Source: Phallusia mammillata (taxonomy: Eukaryota). From it: a stretch of DNA of 64,000 bases. A model generated the notes under the pieces. That model made no database searches. It worked only from the letters and a program-made list of their open reading frames with translations, and was not told where the DNA came from. The translations under genes and the position numbers were made by a program. Location of the stretch: contig OZ281494.1 in the NCBI GenBank assembly GCA_965637545.1, positions 3,100,001 through 3,164,000 on the forward strand, read 5' to 3'. This document shows, piece by piece, positions 45,701-59,893 of the stretch (the first letter of the stretch is position 1; every line of letters starts with the position of its first letter).

Positions 45701-48700
45701 GTTTTACCTCTTGAACAAGAAATTGCCGACCTAAAAGAAAAATTACGAATAGCTGATGAAGATATCATTGAACTTCGGCGGACGCAAACAGTTAACCACA
45801 AGGTTTAAAAAGCACTTTTTTGTTTCACTTTTTGCATGGTTAATTTTGATCTTGAGTTTCTTCCTTTGTGGATGATGTAGTAGTGTGCATGATCTCATGA
45901 GTTTGTAGCATAATCTGTTGCTTGTGTGTGGGCTAGTTGTGAGCAATTTCAGTATCATGGATTTATTTTCGTGAAACAGCAAGTAGGAGTTGGAACAGAG
46001 GACTGTGAAGACGTCAGTGGATCTGATCTAAATACTGAAGTAAGTTGGTTGCTAATTGTCCACTGTACTTAAGTTGTAGTAAATATAAAAATGGGTTTAC
46101 ATGTGTAGTTGGTTCCAATTTGTTGCCTTATAATAAATTTGTCGTACAAGATATGTCATTATCCTGATAAAGGCATTTTGTATGAGATGTCAAAATGTTC
46201 ATTGTTTATAATATTACTGCTGGATGAGCAATAATCGGTTGTATAAAAAGAAGTTCTTAAAAGACAAAAATGAAATATTATAGATAGCAATAAATTGGTA
46301 TTTCTGTGTAAAGCAGCAAAGTATTGAAAAATTGGTTACATTGACTTAAATATACTTTTAAGTAAGTACAAAACTGCCATTTTTTAAATATAAAACACAG
46401 TAATCTTGTAACTCAATAACCATAATGTTTTGACTGTTTTTTTTGGAGTAATGCAAATCAAGCCAAACAGACTGTTTAAATGTGTTTGAAATATTCTTTG
46501 GCAATGACTTTTACCTTGTTCTAGTAGTGGTTTAAGAATCAGTATAGAATAGTGGTAGTAAAATGAACGTATATTGTTGTTTTGTGGTCCTAAGTTGTTT
46601 CTTTCTGCCTTTTGGCTTAGATTGTTATTGCACACATGTTGTTTGCAAATATATTTTGGGAAGTACAAAATCGCATAGCTAAACACAATTGCAACAGGAT
46701 ATTCTAACCACATTTTTAACTTCCTTTTCATGGTGTTTTTAGTTGGTGCTTTTTTTGTTTCGAATGGTATTTGTGATGTGACGTAACCCGGGTTACATAA
46801 TTTTTAGTAGAACGTAAATGTTGGCCTGTAAAAAAACATTACACATCACTACCACAAGTGCTTTTTGTGGTTGTACAGACTAATTTACTTGTAAATGATA
46901 TTATTTTATACAGTAATGATTCCCTATGTTTTGTGAACATAATACTTCATTTTTCTTTTATGAGCTGTAGAAGCCAAGTTAAATCTTAACTGTTTTGACT
47001 TAAACTTGAAAAGGTATTATTATCATGACCCACTGAAAACACCTTTAGGCCCGTCTGGTTTGAAATTACTACTGGTTAATAGGCAACTCACGACCAATCT
47101 TAAGTCTACAAACATAAAAATAATGTCAAAAATAAGAAACCAAACTCATGCTTGTTTTCTGAATTTTTAATTGAAACCATGTTGAAAATGCGACAGTTCA
47201 GTGTAGTGTATTGTTCTATGGTGAAACTCTCACTGTTTTCTTGTTTTGACGTGTGGTAATGAATTTTGAAGAGAAATGATCAAACCTGTCACCTGAGAAC
47301 GTCCTGTTATTGACAAGCTGTGTGTGACAAAATGCCATTAATTGATTGCAAGCGCTAAAAAATATTGATCACTGGTTGTGCATTAAAATCTTGGTTAAAA
47401 TTTCAAAATTTAAGCTAGGAGTCCCCTTTTGAATTTATCGAAATCGTCAAAGCACATAAAATGCTTTACTCAACATATTAATGTTTACTCCCTAAAGCCA
47501 ATTTGTAAACTTGTGTTTGCCTGAGCAAGAAACTTGAGCCGCATTTGTTCCAATCTATTGAATAAAACTAGGCAGCCCAAATGTGGTTTCATGTAAGCAT
47601 AAAGTTTGAGGCGTTGCCTGCCCACTGATGATAATAATGAAACACACCAACAAACTTAACTGTGTAAATGGCTCTGTTTAAGTCAGTGGAAATGATGGAA
47701 TTACATACAAAACTATGTTAAAATTTAAACTTCTACTTTCACATTGTTGTAACCATCCGGTTTTTGACACTGCAAAGATGTCATTTGAAAACCTGTATAA
47801 TGTTATTGTCCTTGCTTAGCTTACATTTAACTTTTTGGTACACACAGGTGAGGGAATTAAGTTATTCCCTGCAATCCGAAAAGTCGTCACGAACCGACCT
47901 TGAACTTTATGTTGAAGTGCTTAGTCGACAGAAGACAGTATTACAACAAGAAAATGATATTCTGAAACGTGAAATGCATGAAGGTAAATACAAATATGGT
48001 TTCTTATATCTCATAAGATTTCAGTTCCTACATTTTGAATGCAATGGCTAAATTAACATAATTGCCTTATATTTATGTATTTCTTTTTATTTTTCAATGT
48101 AAATTGCAGGTTTTCAAAATTTAAATTTTGTTGTTATTTCATGGTGGATTTGGTAATTGACTTTCAATAGCTTTCCAGTTTCAATGTGTTATAGTTAGTA
48201 AATAATGAGAATAATTTTAAAGTATAAGCATTTCACTTTGTTTAAACTTGACATCAAACATACCTTACTCTTGTCATTAATTTTTTGTGTAACTTAGAGC
48301 TGCAACGGAAAATTTGCATTTTTTTAAGTGGAAAGTCTATGAAAAGTTTAACAAACAAACCTTGTTTTATACGGCTCATTATTTAGCTTTTGTGCAGCTC
48401 CATAATTTGCAATTCTTTAGGAATAAATGTAGTAAAATGTTTAACATTTGACCTTGTATTACAGTTTGTAGGTCACTGGAACAAGAGCAAAGCGATCACT
48501 TGATGTTGAAACAGACTTGGAATCGGGCCAACGAACACTTCATGCTGTCACAAGATCAACTTATGAATGAACTTAACGCTGCCAAAGCTTGTCTGGCTAA
48601 AAACCAACTTAACCAAATCAAAAGCACAAAAAGGGTATTTGTACATATATAAAGCAGATTAATCATCATTCATCTGTCACAATAGTTCACAATAAGGATA

Positions 48701-51700
48701 AAAAATTACTTAGAAGCTGTTTAGAAGTTAAGTGAAATCAGCTAAGGAATCTGACATTTAAAATCGATTTAAATACTTTCAAAATTTACATTCTATCCCA
48801 GTATAAATCTTTATGCCTGTCCAAATACAACAAACTTTGGTTCGTTCTGACCCGTTTGGGCCTAAATTTCCTGATTATGCTAAGATCCAGGTTACCCAGG
48901 ATTTTCTGTATTTACTTTCAAGCATTACAAATTTGTTTCATTATTTGCTGGAGCCACCTTTACAAAAAAAATCAGTTCAATACAGTGGTGGAATTCACAT
49001 TTTTTGTCAGTCGGTTCTATCACAAAAGTCATATATTTCAGCCGGTTCTGGTACAAAAAGTCCATTGACAATAACCAGTAATGCTAACCGGTTCGCTGAT
49101 CTCATAAAATTTTGTGACACGGTTCTATAGAACCGGCGCGAAACGGCCAGATTCCACCACTGGTTCAGTAGTACAAATATTTTTTGGCATTTTTTTGCCA
49201 ACTTAACGAAATTAGGATTACTAAATTATTTATCACGCCTTAACAGGTTTAAATTTATTTCAAACAATCACATTTAACTGTTACCATTCATCACTAAAAT
49301 GGTGGTTTTGATAACAACTGGAATGATACCTAAATATAAAACTTTTTTACATGTGTTATTTCTCAACAGGTGGCTTTACTTTTTGCATAACTTTTTTATT
49401 CAAACCTACCGACTTTTAGTATTTGGTGTGCACAGTTGTTTCGTTAGGTGCCTTGATGTGCATGAGTTTGAGTTTGAATGAAAAGTAGATTTAATTGTTT
49501 GCATAACTGTGATTTATTTTTGCATGTTTGTCATTTATTTGCATGTGTTTTTCATTTTATTCGTTATGTACACTTTGTTTCTGCTTAAAATACCTATCTT
49601 AAAACCATACAAAGTTTAAGTTGTAGAGATGAATCCTGTCATAGCGATTTGCAAAGGTTTTTGTGCAATTAAGCAGACAATTTTCTTAAAAAGTGACGAA
49701 CTACGTTTTTACGATCACTATGCCATGAACAATATGCAATTAACTGGATTTGTCTGTATTACAAAGTAAAATGCTCTAAAGAAATTGCACCAAACTTATC
49801 TATCTGTTGCCTATGGGCTTCAAGGCTTCTACATTTTGTACAACTAATTTTTTTTACCATTCAAGCCTGTCTGTTAAAATGGTGACATGGTAACTAACCT
49901 AATGATACATCATATATGCAAGTTGTCTCATTTTGACCATGCTGATTCAAGCCCCATAAGCAAGAATTGAAAGAAGTTTTTTGTATTAAACTACAACTTG
50001 TTTGTAGTTACTTGACCAACTGATATGTATTTTTCGAATGTGCTCAAATTTGTTCAAGCATAATGTATAATAATATGTTTCAGGTTTTATCAGCCGACGG
50101 ATTTGAAGTTGTTTCTTCTCTTCCTAAACAAGCTAAGGACGTCGTGGGTGCAACCTCTCAAATTAACGGGTAAATTATTAAACCAAATTTTCACGAACCC
50201 CAAGTTTAATATGATGAAAGTTTCTAGCAAGTGAAGAAACTCTTAAAAGTTAGGTGGGACTAAAACTAAAAAATCAATATTTTGTAATTGGCAACTGTCG
50301 TAGATTTTACTGTTTTTGTGTAAATTCAGATAGTGCTTGTCCATTTTGCTTTTGTCCTTTTGGAACCTTAGTACAGTTAATCTACAAATCAAGATACATG
50401 TTAGTGAAATAAAATAGCTTAAATTGCCTGAAATCTGGTTTGGTTGCAAACAAGAATAAACAAGAAGGGTAGTATGATAAATACAGCCTGATTGCCTAGG
50501 AAAGTTTAAATTGAGGTATAAAATGTGTTTTGCATCCAACATTTGCCCTGGTTAACAATGTTATATCCGGAATCATTCTTTTTTTGAAAACTGCATATCA
50601 CACAAATTTATCCAATCTCATTTTCTTGTTCCTAGGTCGGCATTTCCCGACAGTAATTCCTTCGGTTCATTTCAAAACTACGAGAAAATGCAAGAACCAG
50701 TGTTAGCGGAACCAATTGCATCCCCAGCCACCGAGCTTCAAGATACTATTTCAATTTCATCTGTTTCATCTGTGCCTGAAGCGGGAAGCTTGATGCCAAA
50801 TGACGAATTAAGACCACCAAGAGGTAACTCTTTGCTCAATCAAGGTTTTTTACTTGATTGGGGTTGCGTAATTAGGCACATATTGTTTGTTTTTTTCGAC
50901 TAAAAAGCGCTTGTTTTCACATTATGGTAAACTGTTTGAAATTGACATTTACAAAATAAGCTTTGTTTACTTTGTACATTTTGACCCTAATTGACCTTAA
51001 CCAGCAAGCCTGCAAAATAAGAAACTAAAAAAAGACCATTAACAAAAAATATGACAGTGAAAGTTTATACTTAAATGGTTTTTTACATTGTAAAGCACTT
51101 GAAAGCATCATGTAATTTGCTGTTAGAGTCACTCATGTTTTTTATTTGCGGTGTTTTGTTTTGGTAAGACTACATTGAGAGTCACTTTTCATTTTGTTCT
51201 GGTTATGGTTGGATGGCATTGTATAAGAGCATGTCTCCATAGTTATTTAAGTGAACATCCCACCTTCAGCCAAACCTTAGTATTTCCCTCAGTTGGTATA
51301 AAAAAATGTGTCTTTTAATCCTGTCAGCTCAAAGCAAGAGTTTGTCAGTTTTGTCCTAAAGACAAATTTAGTTAATTGCATCTTATCTCTGGCCCTATTG
51401 TTTGTTAAGTGAAAAATGGTTATTCTTATTATAGGTCCCAATTGTTTATTGAGCAAACCTAGTTAATCACATGTTATGGTTAATTGCATGTAAGCTTTGA
51501 ATACAGGGTATGTGTAGTTAATCGAAATCGTGTGTAGATTTTTAACCCTGTTACTTCTTTACAGTGAACTCTGCTCCTTTACTGACTCTCACAAATGCTG
51601 ATTCCTCCACAACACAAAATCAATCAGATGAAATTGTAAGAGTTATTTATTATTTGAATTTTAACTGGAACATTTTTATGTAACACAAAAATTTTCAATG

Positions 51701-54700
51701 TAACTGTGTTTTGTGCAAGCTACACTTCTTTCAGTACTTTCTAAAAAAATTCAAACTTATTTGAACAACTCAATGTTGAAATTGTATTAGTATCAAGTTT
51801 GTTTCTTTGTGATACACTACCTAATTTACTACACACTAAATACTGTACACTTCTAATTAAAACCGAATAGTTTTTTCTGCCAAAAAAGCATCTATAACCA
51901 AATTTCTTCCATGCTGTAACAAACTGCAGCAATTTTCTTTGCATGACGATTGAGTTATTTTGTACAGGACAATATGGCATCTCCAACCCGTCATCTTAAA
52001 CTGCTTCGAGTCAAAGAAACAGAGATCGAAACTTTAAAACAGCAGGTCTGTAAATTTTTACCTTTATGCTGAAGTTACCTACAAAAATCCAACTCACATT
52101 CGAACTATGATAAAATGTCTGTATTCCCTACGCCAAAACTACAGATGTGGGTACTGCATAAAACTACTGCCTAAAACTGTTGTCCTTTTTTGCAGTGACA
52201 TCATTTTGTGTCAATCCGCTTAGTTCTGTAAATTCGAGAATAATTTACCAAGTTTAAAGCCTATTTCAAAAACATATGTCATCTAATTAAAGAGAACCTG
52301 TGCATATATAGATTACTTCTTGCAGACATTTCAACAATTGCTGTTGTCATCACCAGTGCAGGTTGTCAACTGTGCTTAAAAAGGAAGTTTATATTAGCAT
52401 GTCATCTAAAATCCCATTTAATCACTCCAAAATCTTCAACATATCGTACCTGCACAAAATAATCTGTTTAAACTTAAACAAAGACTTAAAGTTTAATATG
52501 ACAACATTTGCCAAGCAGGTCACCACTTTAGAGGGAACAATTTTGGATTTGGAGAAAAAATTGGCGTTTGAGCGAGAATCACGATTAGATGTGGAGGAAT
52601 CAGTGATGAGAAGTTCAGAGGATGCCCAGAAGCAAATCAGGGAGCTAACAGGAAAGATTCATAATATCGAAGTGAAGATCGGGGAGGATAAAACATATAG
52701 AAAGAACAAGGAAGCAGAAGATAATGAAAAACTGGTAATTGTGTGTTAAAGAACAACTTCTACTTGATACAAATTTACATACAACACTGGATTGCATAAA
52801 GATCATGTTGTTCCCATACGTTGCAGCACGGAAATGTAAATTCTGGGGAGTCATGTTATGATTTAGTCTGTCACATCTTGCAGGCCTAAACTAAAATAAT
52901 AAAGTGGCTTACTAACGCAAAAAAATAAATAAATCTTTTATAGGGAGTTTAATGAAAATGCCAAATTGTATAACAGACAACCTCGCATTTAATTGCCAAA
53001 AATCTCATGTAAAACTTTCGTGGGTTTATGCATTTACTCATAATGTACAAATAAATAGAATAGTTTCTTATGATGGCTACAGTTTGGGACTTAGTATGCA
53101 TTTAAGCTAAGTTTGGGATAAACCAAAAGCGTCTACAAATCCCTTCAAGTCAAAATATACAAACGTTGGTTTGAACTTGTTGTGATGTACTATTTTCAGC
53201 TGATCATTACTGCCGACCGCGAAAACCTTCGTGACAGTTACTTGAAGTTGAAAAAAGAGCAAGATGCGATGAGATCGTCTTTCATGCGAAGTAGACAATC
53301 CTTGCAGAAAGATTCTAGCACACCAACTTCTATGGAGGTAAGACAATGTCAAGCAGAAGTAAAACAAAATTGAAAAAAGTTTTATTGACTTAACTGAGAC
53401 AGGTCAAAGAGGTTTCAAAGACCTAATTTGACATACTTCGCTGACATATTTTGCAAAAAATCATTTTTTGCATTACTATCATGGAAAACCCCAAGGGGGT
53501 AAATCACAAAAAACTATTTTGTATTCTTATTTCTTTTTTTGCAGGGTTTGCGAATAAGTTTGGACAAATACAAAGAGGCATTTGCAATTGCACAAGTGGA
53601 GAAAAACAGCCTGGAATCAACGCTTCGAACTCGAATCAGTTTGCTGGAATCCACCATTGAAAGTGAAAAGGTAACGTTAACAGCTTCTGTTAGCTCAGCA
53701 ACAGGAAGGTTTGACCAGGAAGTCTTCCATCGCATTTAGCTCTGCAAGTAACCCATGGTGTACTTCTGTGATGAGAAATGTTTTGGTACACAATAATTGT
53801 TAATTTGTTGTGTTTTATTATCTGTATTGGTGTCACTTATGATGGCATGAACATTTGCTGAAATGTTTGATGATAAAGCATATTATGCCAGGCCTATTAA
53901 TCTAAGCAAGCCATTCTTACAAGCATTCCAACATGGCAAGACATAGGCTGAAAAAATACCCTGTGATGGGATTTGAACCGACAACAAAAAACTGTCTTTG
54001 ACTAGCTCATTTATTTAAATGTTTAATAATCACGTTTGCGAAAGTTGGTGGCCTAAAACATTCCTGTGTGGCAAAGCATAGGCTAGAAAAATCTGCTGTG
54101 GGGTTTCGACCCATGATTGAAGCCTTTCTTGAACCTGCGCTCTACTAACTGAGCTACACAGGTGTAGAGCTAAGACCATCAAAAGTTCAATCAGAAGCAC
54201 CGTTGCCTACCTTGTATTCTACACATGTCAGCCTTGCAGTAGGGGCTCTCAAGTTTGACTATTGATCAGCTAAGATCGGCATGCATTGCTGGGATTAATT
54301 CTGAAGCATTTAGCATGTCCCTTTTCATTATGTTTAGCAATGGACAAATCCATGGTGTGAGTTTAAAACTACTTTTGTGTTGACAGATGGAGAAGGAGCA
54401 AATGGAAGCTGCTTTACTCCAAGATGTGGAAGAAGCAAGAAACAAGGTTTCATCTTTGCAATCTTTGCAAACTCAACTTATTAAAGAAACAAACCAAAAC
54501 AAGGAGCTGCAGGTCGGAACATTTGATTTTTTTAGAACTTGTCGTATACCATTCATTGCTCTGAAAATGCCATACCATTTTGGTGGGTCAGCAAAATATA
54601 AGTTCTTGAAAAACAACTAGTATTGTGTTTAGCCTCATAGCAGTTGAATGATAAATTGGTTAAATATGCAACCTGTTGGCTAAAACGCTTGCTCATTATT

Positions 54701-57519
54701 ATCTCTGTCATGTGTCACTAGACCACTACTTCCAAACTGTGAGCCATGGGCCATAAAAACATTTTAAATTTGGCCTCAGATCGATTGGAACTTGTATTAT
54801 TATTATGTGATTAAATGAGGCCACTCGGGCCTGTTTAATTATGGCTCCCTTCCCCATTGGTTTTTGGTTGCAAAAACCAATCATGTTAATGGGTCAAATG
54901 GTGTGTATATAGTAAATCGGTAAATCGGACGTAGAATATATAAACTTATAGGGATGAGCCAAAACTACAAATGTTCTGTTTGGTCGAGCACCGAGCATCT
55001 CATGGTAATGCACAGTATTGCTTGGTGCTTCGTGACATCACAAGCATTCTCAATTCCAAGCTAGTTTAATAATTTTCCAATTAAAAAACAGTCATTTTGT
55101 TCTTGGCTACCCTTTCGAACACTAGTTTTGTATAAATGGGCATGAATATGCAAGTTTAATGCTCGGGTCAGTTCGTGCAACCGTTCGGCCGAGCACCGAG
55201 CATCAAAAACAACGATGCTCCGTACCGAGTACTCGGGTTCTGAGTCGACTTGCCCCATTCCTAATGTGTAGGGAAGCCACCTTCTAGTTGTAAGGATGAC
55301 TTTATCATTTCAGATCCAGGTTGAGAAGGACCAACTTTCGATGGAATCTATTCGAAGCAAATCTAGAGAGATCATAAAAGGTTTCAAAGAAAAACTTCGC
55401 ATTGAAACGTCTGAAAAGGTTAAAACGTTACCTTGTGTTATGTGTGACTACAAAGCATGTGTGAATAAAAATGAATAATCACTAAATGCACTGGATTCTA
55501 AAAAAGATATCATTTCTGGCAAATGATTTTTGATGATTACAGTTGTTGTTAGTTGAAGTGTGTGCGTTTGAAAATTATTTAATCAGTTGAAATTACATTT
55601 TTTGTGGATTGAGTGTTTACATTCTTGTTAGCGATGGTCAAAATAATGTTACATGTATCACCACACAAGTCACCTTTATAGCAGTTGAGTATATAAAAAC
55701 ATATGAACACATGACCAAATTCCAAATAGACACAGATCATGCATTTGTAGCAAACTATTCTTTTCAAAGAGAGCTAACAAATACTAACCTGGAAATATAT
55801 GTTTCCATTTTTGATGTATAAAGTATGACAGATGTAAGTTTGTTTCAAGAATTGCAATAATGGGAAATATTTCCAGAATTAATTTGCAAGAATTTACACA
55901 AAAACAGCTATAAATAATTACTTGTTTTTGTGTTTTGCAATGTTTTATTCAATTGCTTTGTGTAACTAATTTAATGGTTTGAGAATTGACTTGAATATTG
56001 TTTGCTAATACTTTTTTACGCATTTGTGATTAATTTGCTCATCTTGAACAAGTTTCCTATATTCACAATAATTTTGGCTCATTGTTTTCAATCTAATGGG
56101 TGTGCTTGTTATTGTGCTTTACCGGCTTTGCTTTTGGGCACTAGGAGGCGCTTGAGAGCAAACTAGCTGATGCAAAGAATCAGCTTCGATCCTTGCAGGA
56201 ATCCTTGGAAACCAGCGAGCTCGTTCAGCGAGATTTTGTTAAACTTTCGCAATCTCTTCAGGTGTGTAAAAATCACCCTCACAGCATTTACACACTGCTT
56301 TATATTTTTTGCTAATTCTTTCCTTTTTAACCTGCCATGCCAAGCCTAAACTGGTGCCTTTATGTATTTCTAGCTTAAGTAGAAAGAAGCTGCAGCTTTT
56401 CATGTATCGGCTAAATGCTTTTAGTTCTTTTGTAGAAAGAAATTTTAGAAATCCTAATAGATAAGAAAAAATACAAAAAGTTGAATTTTTCATTGTCATC
56501 TCATACTGCTATTTGTCAAGCGACCAGATAGTGGAGGGATGCACTGTAACACGACTATTAAGATTTTTTATTATTTTCTAATGTACTAAATAAGTTTAAT
56601 ACAAACAGGTCATTACTAGAAGTCTCCTTTAGTTATTGTCCTGGACCTAAATATTTGCTGTGATAAACAGGTATACTGTCTTTCTAAAAGTTGCAGAACT
56701 CATGACTACTTTTAAGAATATGAAAATTATCCTGTAATAAAACGGACTTTCCATAAATTGCATTTAAGCAGCCACATGTTATAACCTTTGCAACAGTCCA
56801 TTGTTTTGCCTGAACCTTGTAAAAAAAGATTGACTTTTTACACCATTAGTCTTTCTATTTGCTTTCAACACCTTGCTTTCCTAAATCTGTGCATGCTTCT
56901 TCTTTGCATGGTGCCTGCCGTAGTTGTTGGTAGTTTCACCTGTCTGTGGTGAAATTTAAGATTACATAAAGATTAGCCATTTTGTTTCACAGTGACAGTT
57001 TCAATGTATCTTGTCACATTTAGCAGTACTATTTAAGTAGTTTGTCTATGTCATTGAACTCCTAAACTATGTCTCTTTTAAACCTGTTGGCACTTCTAGT
57101 GAATACACTAGACTCATCCCAGCTGCTTTGTAATACAAGAAAAGCATTTAATTTAATGATGAATATAACAGCCCAAATAGATGTAAAAAGTGATACGCTT
57201 TATTATGCGAACAATTCGGCAATTGCTCATTCCAGCATCAGTGATACAACAGGCCACATCGGACGATTTTAAGCATGTCACTTTTTATGCCTATTTGGGC
57301 CATTATATTCGTAATTAAACTTATAAACAAATTCATGTATAGTATTTCAGAGATTGACTTTTTTGACACAAACTGAACAGAATTCTGTAACTTCAGGTTC
57401 AACTTGAGGAAATCCGACTAAAAGAGGAAGCGTCAAGCTCGAAACAATCGCAAACAAAAGCTGAAAATCATTCACCATCCACTGAAAAATCTTTAAAATC
57501 ACGTAACATCCCTGATTAG
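42764..57519 (+). CDS. RABEP1: Rabaptin-5 (Rab GTPase-binding effector protein 1), ~812 aa
   Basis: Exons 42764-42791 (in-frame ATG also at 42752), 42989-43126, 43723-43859, 44598-44664, 45153-45352, 45668-45802, 45980-46039, 47848-47983, 48465-48634, 50084-50169, 50636-50823, 51565-51635, 51968-52045, 52519-52734, 53200-53337, 53545-53670, 54387-54512, 55320-55418, 56145-56261, 57397-57519. Motifs KRSKIKELYYAKE, IASVSENTKQ, LKSVVLPLEQEI, EKSSRTDLELYVEVL, TWNRANEHF, SELVQRDFVKLSQSLQVQLEEIR match Rabaptin. Confidence 0.95.
43960..44010 (+). ncRNA. Degenerate hammerhead-like motif, family B
   Basis: CTGATGA tggcatgagcatttggc GAAA cgtttg; helix II disrupted; similar to 53833-53880. Confidence 0.4.
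48828..48908. mobile_element. Tc1/pogo-type MITE, degenerate
   Basis: TA-flanked; shares the gacccgttt...aagatccag core with 57707-57806. Confidence 0.55.
48983..49162. mobile_element. MITE family CAGTGGTGGGATTC with 8-bp TSD (hAT-type)
   Basis: cagtggtggaattc...gattccaccactg; TSD gttcaata / gttcagta. Confidence 0.88.
53833..53880 (+). ncRNA. Inactivated hammerhead-like motif, family B
   Basis: cacTTATGAtggcatgaacatttgcTGAAAtgtttga: the core G of CTGATGA and the base after GAAA differ from the 43960 copy. Confidence 0.35.
53940..54163 (-). mobile_element. Two tandem tRNA-derived SINE copies (family of 2329-2500)
   Basis: Minus strand tagctcagttagtagagcgc...gggtcgaaacccc...gatttttctagcct at 54070-54163; second B-box/tail fragment at ~53940-53985. 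Confidence 0.7.
54949..55263. mobile_element. Putative MITE
   Basis: Imperfect inverted ends tagggatgagcc / gccccattccta; internal repeated cgagcaccgagcatc; CpG-rich island in a CpG-poor intron; no clear TSD. Confidence 0.5.
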
Positions 57520-57706
57520 ATGCAGCCTATTTTGTTGTGTTTTGCGCAAATGCTTACTGCATGGTGACGGTAGGCATTAAAGTCAAGGAAATGGGTAAAA
57601 AGGTGCAAAAACTTTTATTGTACACTAGAGGTTTTTCAAACAAGGGGTGATTGTAACTCTCTCAAATCTACATACTTTTGGAGTAAATTAGCATACAAAT
57701 GGAATA

Positions 57707-57806
57707 CAATAAACCTTTGTTAACCTGGACCCGTTTTGACCAAAACGTTTGCCCAGATCAGGCGAAGATCCAGATTAAACCGGTCCGGTTAAACCAAGGC
57801 TTACTG
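57707..57806. mobile_element. Tc1/pogo (Tigger-like) MITE in RABEP1 3' region
   Basis: TA|caataaacctttgttaacctggacc ... ggtccggttaaaccaaggcttactg|TA. Confidence 0.75.
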
Positions 57807-59893
57807 TACTGTGAGATTAGTGGATTAGGAAAACTTTTTTTTTTAAATACTAGCCAAAAATAAATGATAGAAAAAAAGGTTTAGAATCTCTGTTGTACAC
57901 TTAGTGATAGTTAAGGTGATAGCAGATTTTAGACCTTCACTTGCCCTTTTTCTATGCTTATACACAAAGCACCATATTTTTGGAGTTTCCTATTCACAAA
58001 TTTTAGGCAAAAGTGTTTGGTGCTTTTTAAATTTATGTGTCATGATTTTTTCATGGCATCGCAGGAATGAATACTCTTAAAAGCACAGAACTCAAATTGT
58101 CATGTTTTTCATTGCACTGTAATCCCACTAGGCACAAATAAACCATGAGTAGTTAAAAACAGATCACTTTAAATTTATCCAAATTCCATCAGTGGTACTA
58201 TTCATGAACATATTAATATTCTGGTACATTTAAAACAAGCTTTTTAAGTCTTACTCAGTGGCCATCTTTTTTCTTCCTCTGTACCCCATGTATTTTTTTT
58301 ATTCACTTTCATGTGTTTAGTATGTGTGTGATTTTTGCATAGCTGAACATAAAAATCTATTGTCTATGCTTTTGTTTTCCATATATTTTGTCTTAAAAGC
58401 AACGTTGCGTCTTTGAAAGTGTTTTTATCGATCAGTGGTTTGTCCCACACAACACAAAACAAATATATGATTAAAACAACGTTTTCCCTTGGGCTCTTAT
58501 TTATTAAAATGTGTCTCTAAATTTGTTTTATTGTGCAATATTGTTCAGTAAACACCCATTACCATGCAATTAAATATCGTCTGTGGAAAGCAACCTTTCC
58601 CACGGTACATACTGCACTGATAAACCTTTTGAATGATAATGTACACCCGAAATGTCCTAATAGCATTTTTACTGTTCTGGCTTATATCAAAAAAATAACT
58701 TTTGGAGCAAAAGTATCTAAATCGATATCTAAATCAAGGTAACATAGATTTTACATAAAAAAATTTCTAATAAAATTTTCATCTCCCATATGCATTAGTT
58801 TAATACTATTGTTGTTTAGGAAAAAAAATAAGTTTTTAGTTGAGTAAATGGCAAACATTTTGCACTACAGTTGTATCAGTCCAAGCATTGTCTTGGAGAC
58901 CACCCTTTAATGAAATTAGGATTGCAAGTAAAATCGAAAATTTGTTATAAACCACTCTCCATTTTTAAGCATATTTAATGACCACTGCATTGTTTTCTTA
59001 ACGACCAGCCTTAATATTGAACCATTTGTGCATCCAGTAATATCTATTTTAAGCTCCTGTTCTAATCCTAGTTTATTGGTTTTAAACTGAAACATTTTGC
59101 AAAAAGTGTATGATGGAAATGCATGATTTTAACTTTCAAATTCTAAGTTTGTTTGTTTGACTAAAAGTTGATTGCCTGACCAAACAGTGTTTTTACCAAG
59201 TCTTATCAAAATTGTAAAAGTAAAACTTTTTGCAATGTTTGCATATCTTGTAAGAAAAAAGTATGTTGTTTATGTTTGGCGAAGTGGGAATATGGCAAGC
59301 TCTGCACACTGGGTTTATTTGGTTTTATATGTATGTTGTTTGCAATTGCTTTTGCATTAAAATGTTGTGTACCTGCATGTAAGAGTGTTTTGTGTCTGTT
59401 AGGAGCAAGTTTCTGGTACATTTTTACCAGCCACAGATAAAGTTGTACCAACACATAAAGAGAACTGCACAACATTTTGTAACAGGTAAATGCTTTGTTA
59501 CTAGTAAAGATACACAGTTTTAGTTTGTAAGACTACATGGGAGTTCTTGTAAGCTCGTGTTTTTTCGGCGCAATTTAAGAATTGTTTGCGCCCTAAGAAT
59601 ATAAACATATCAATTAAAAAAAATGTTTCAAACAGATTCAATATTATCAAACAAATACGTTTTAAATAGGTTACATCGTCAAAGCTAGTCCAAGTTCATG
59701 GCTTCATCTATTTACCTTAAAGTTACTGATTAACCTTCTGTTTCAAGTAGGCAGGATTACCAGCAACTAACATTTATTTTTTCTAAATATACAATGTGTG
59801 TGGTTTCTGGCTTTCAATTTAAAAACCACAGAAAATAATCTGTGCCTCCAAAGTAAGGATTTTGTAGCTAATGTTTTGTCTGCATGACCGGCT

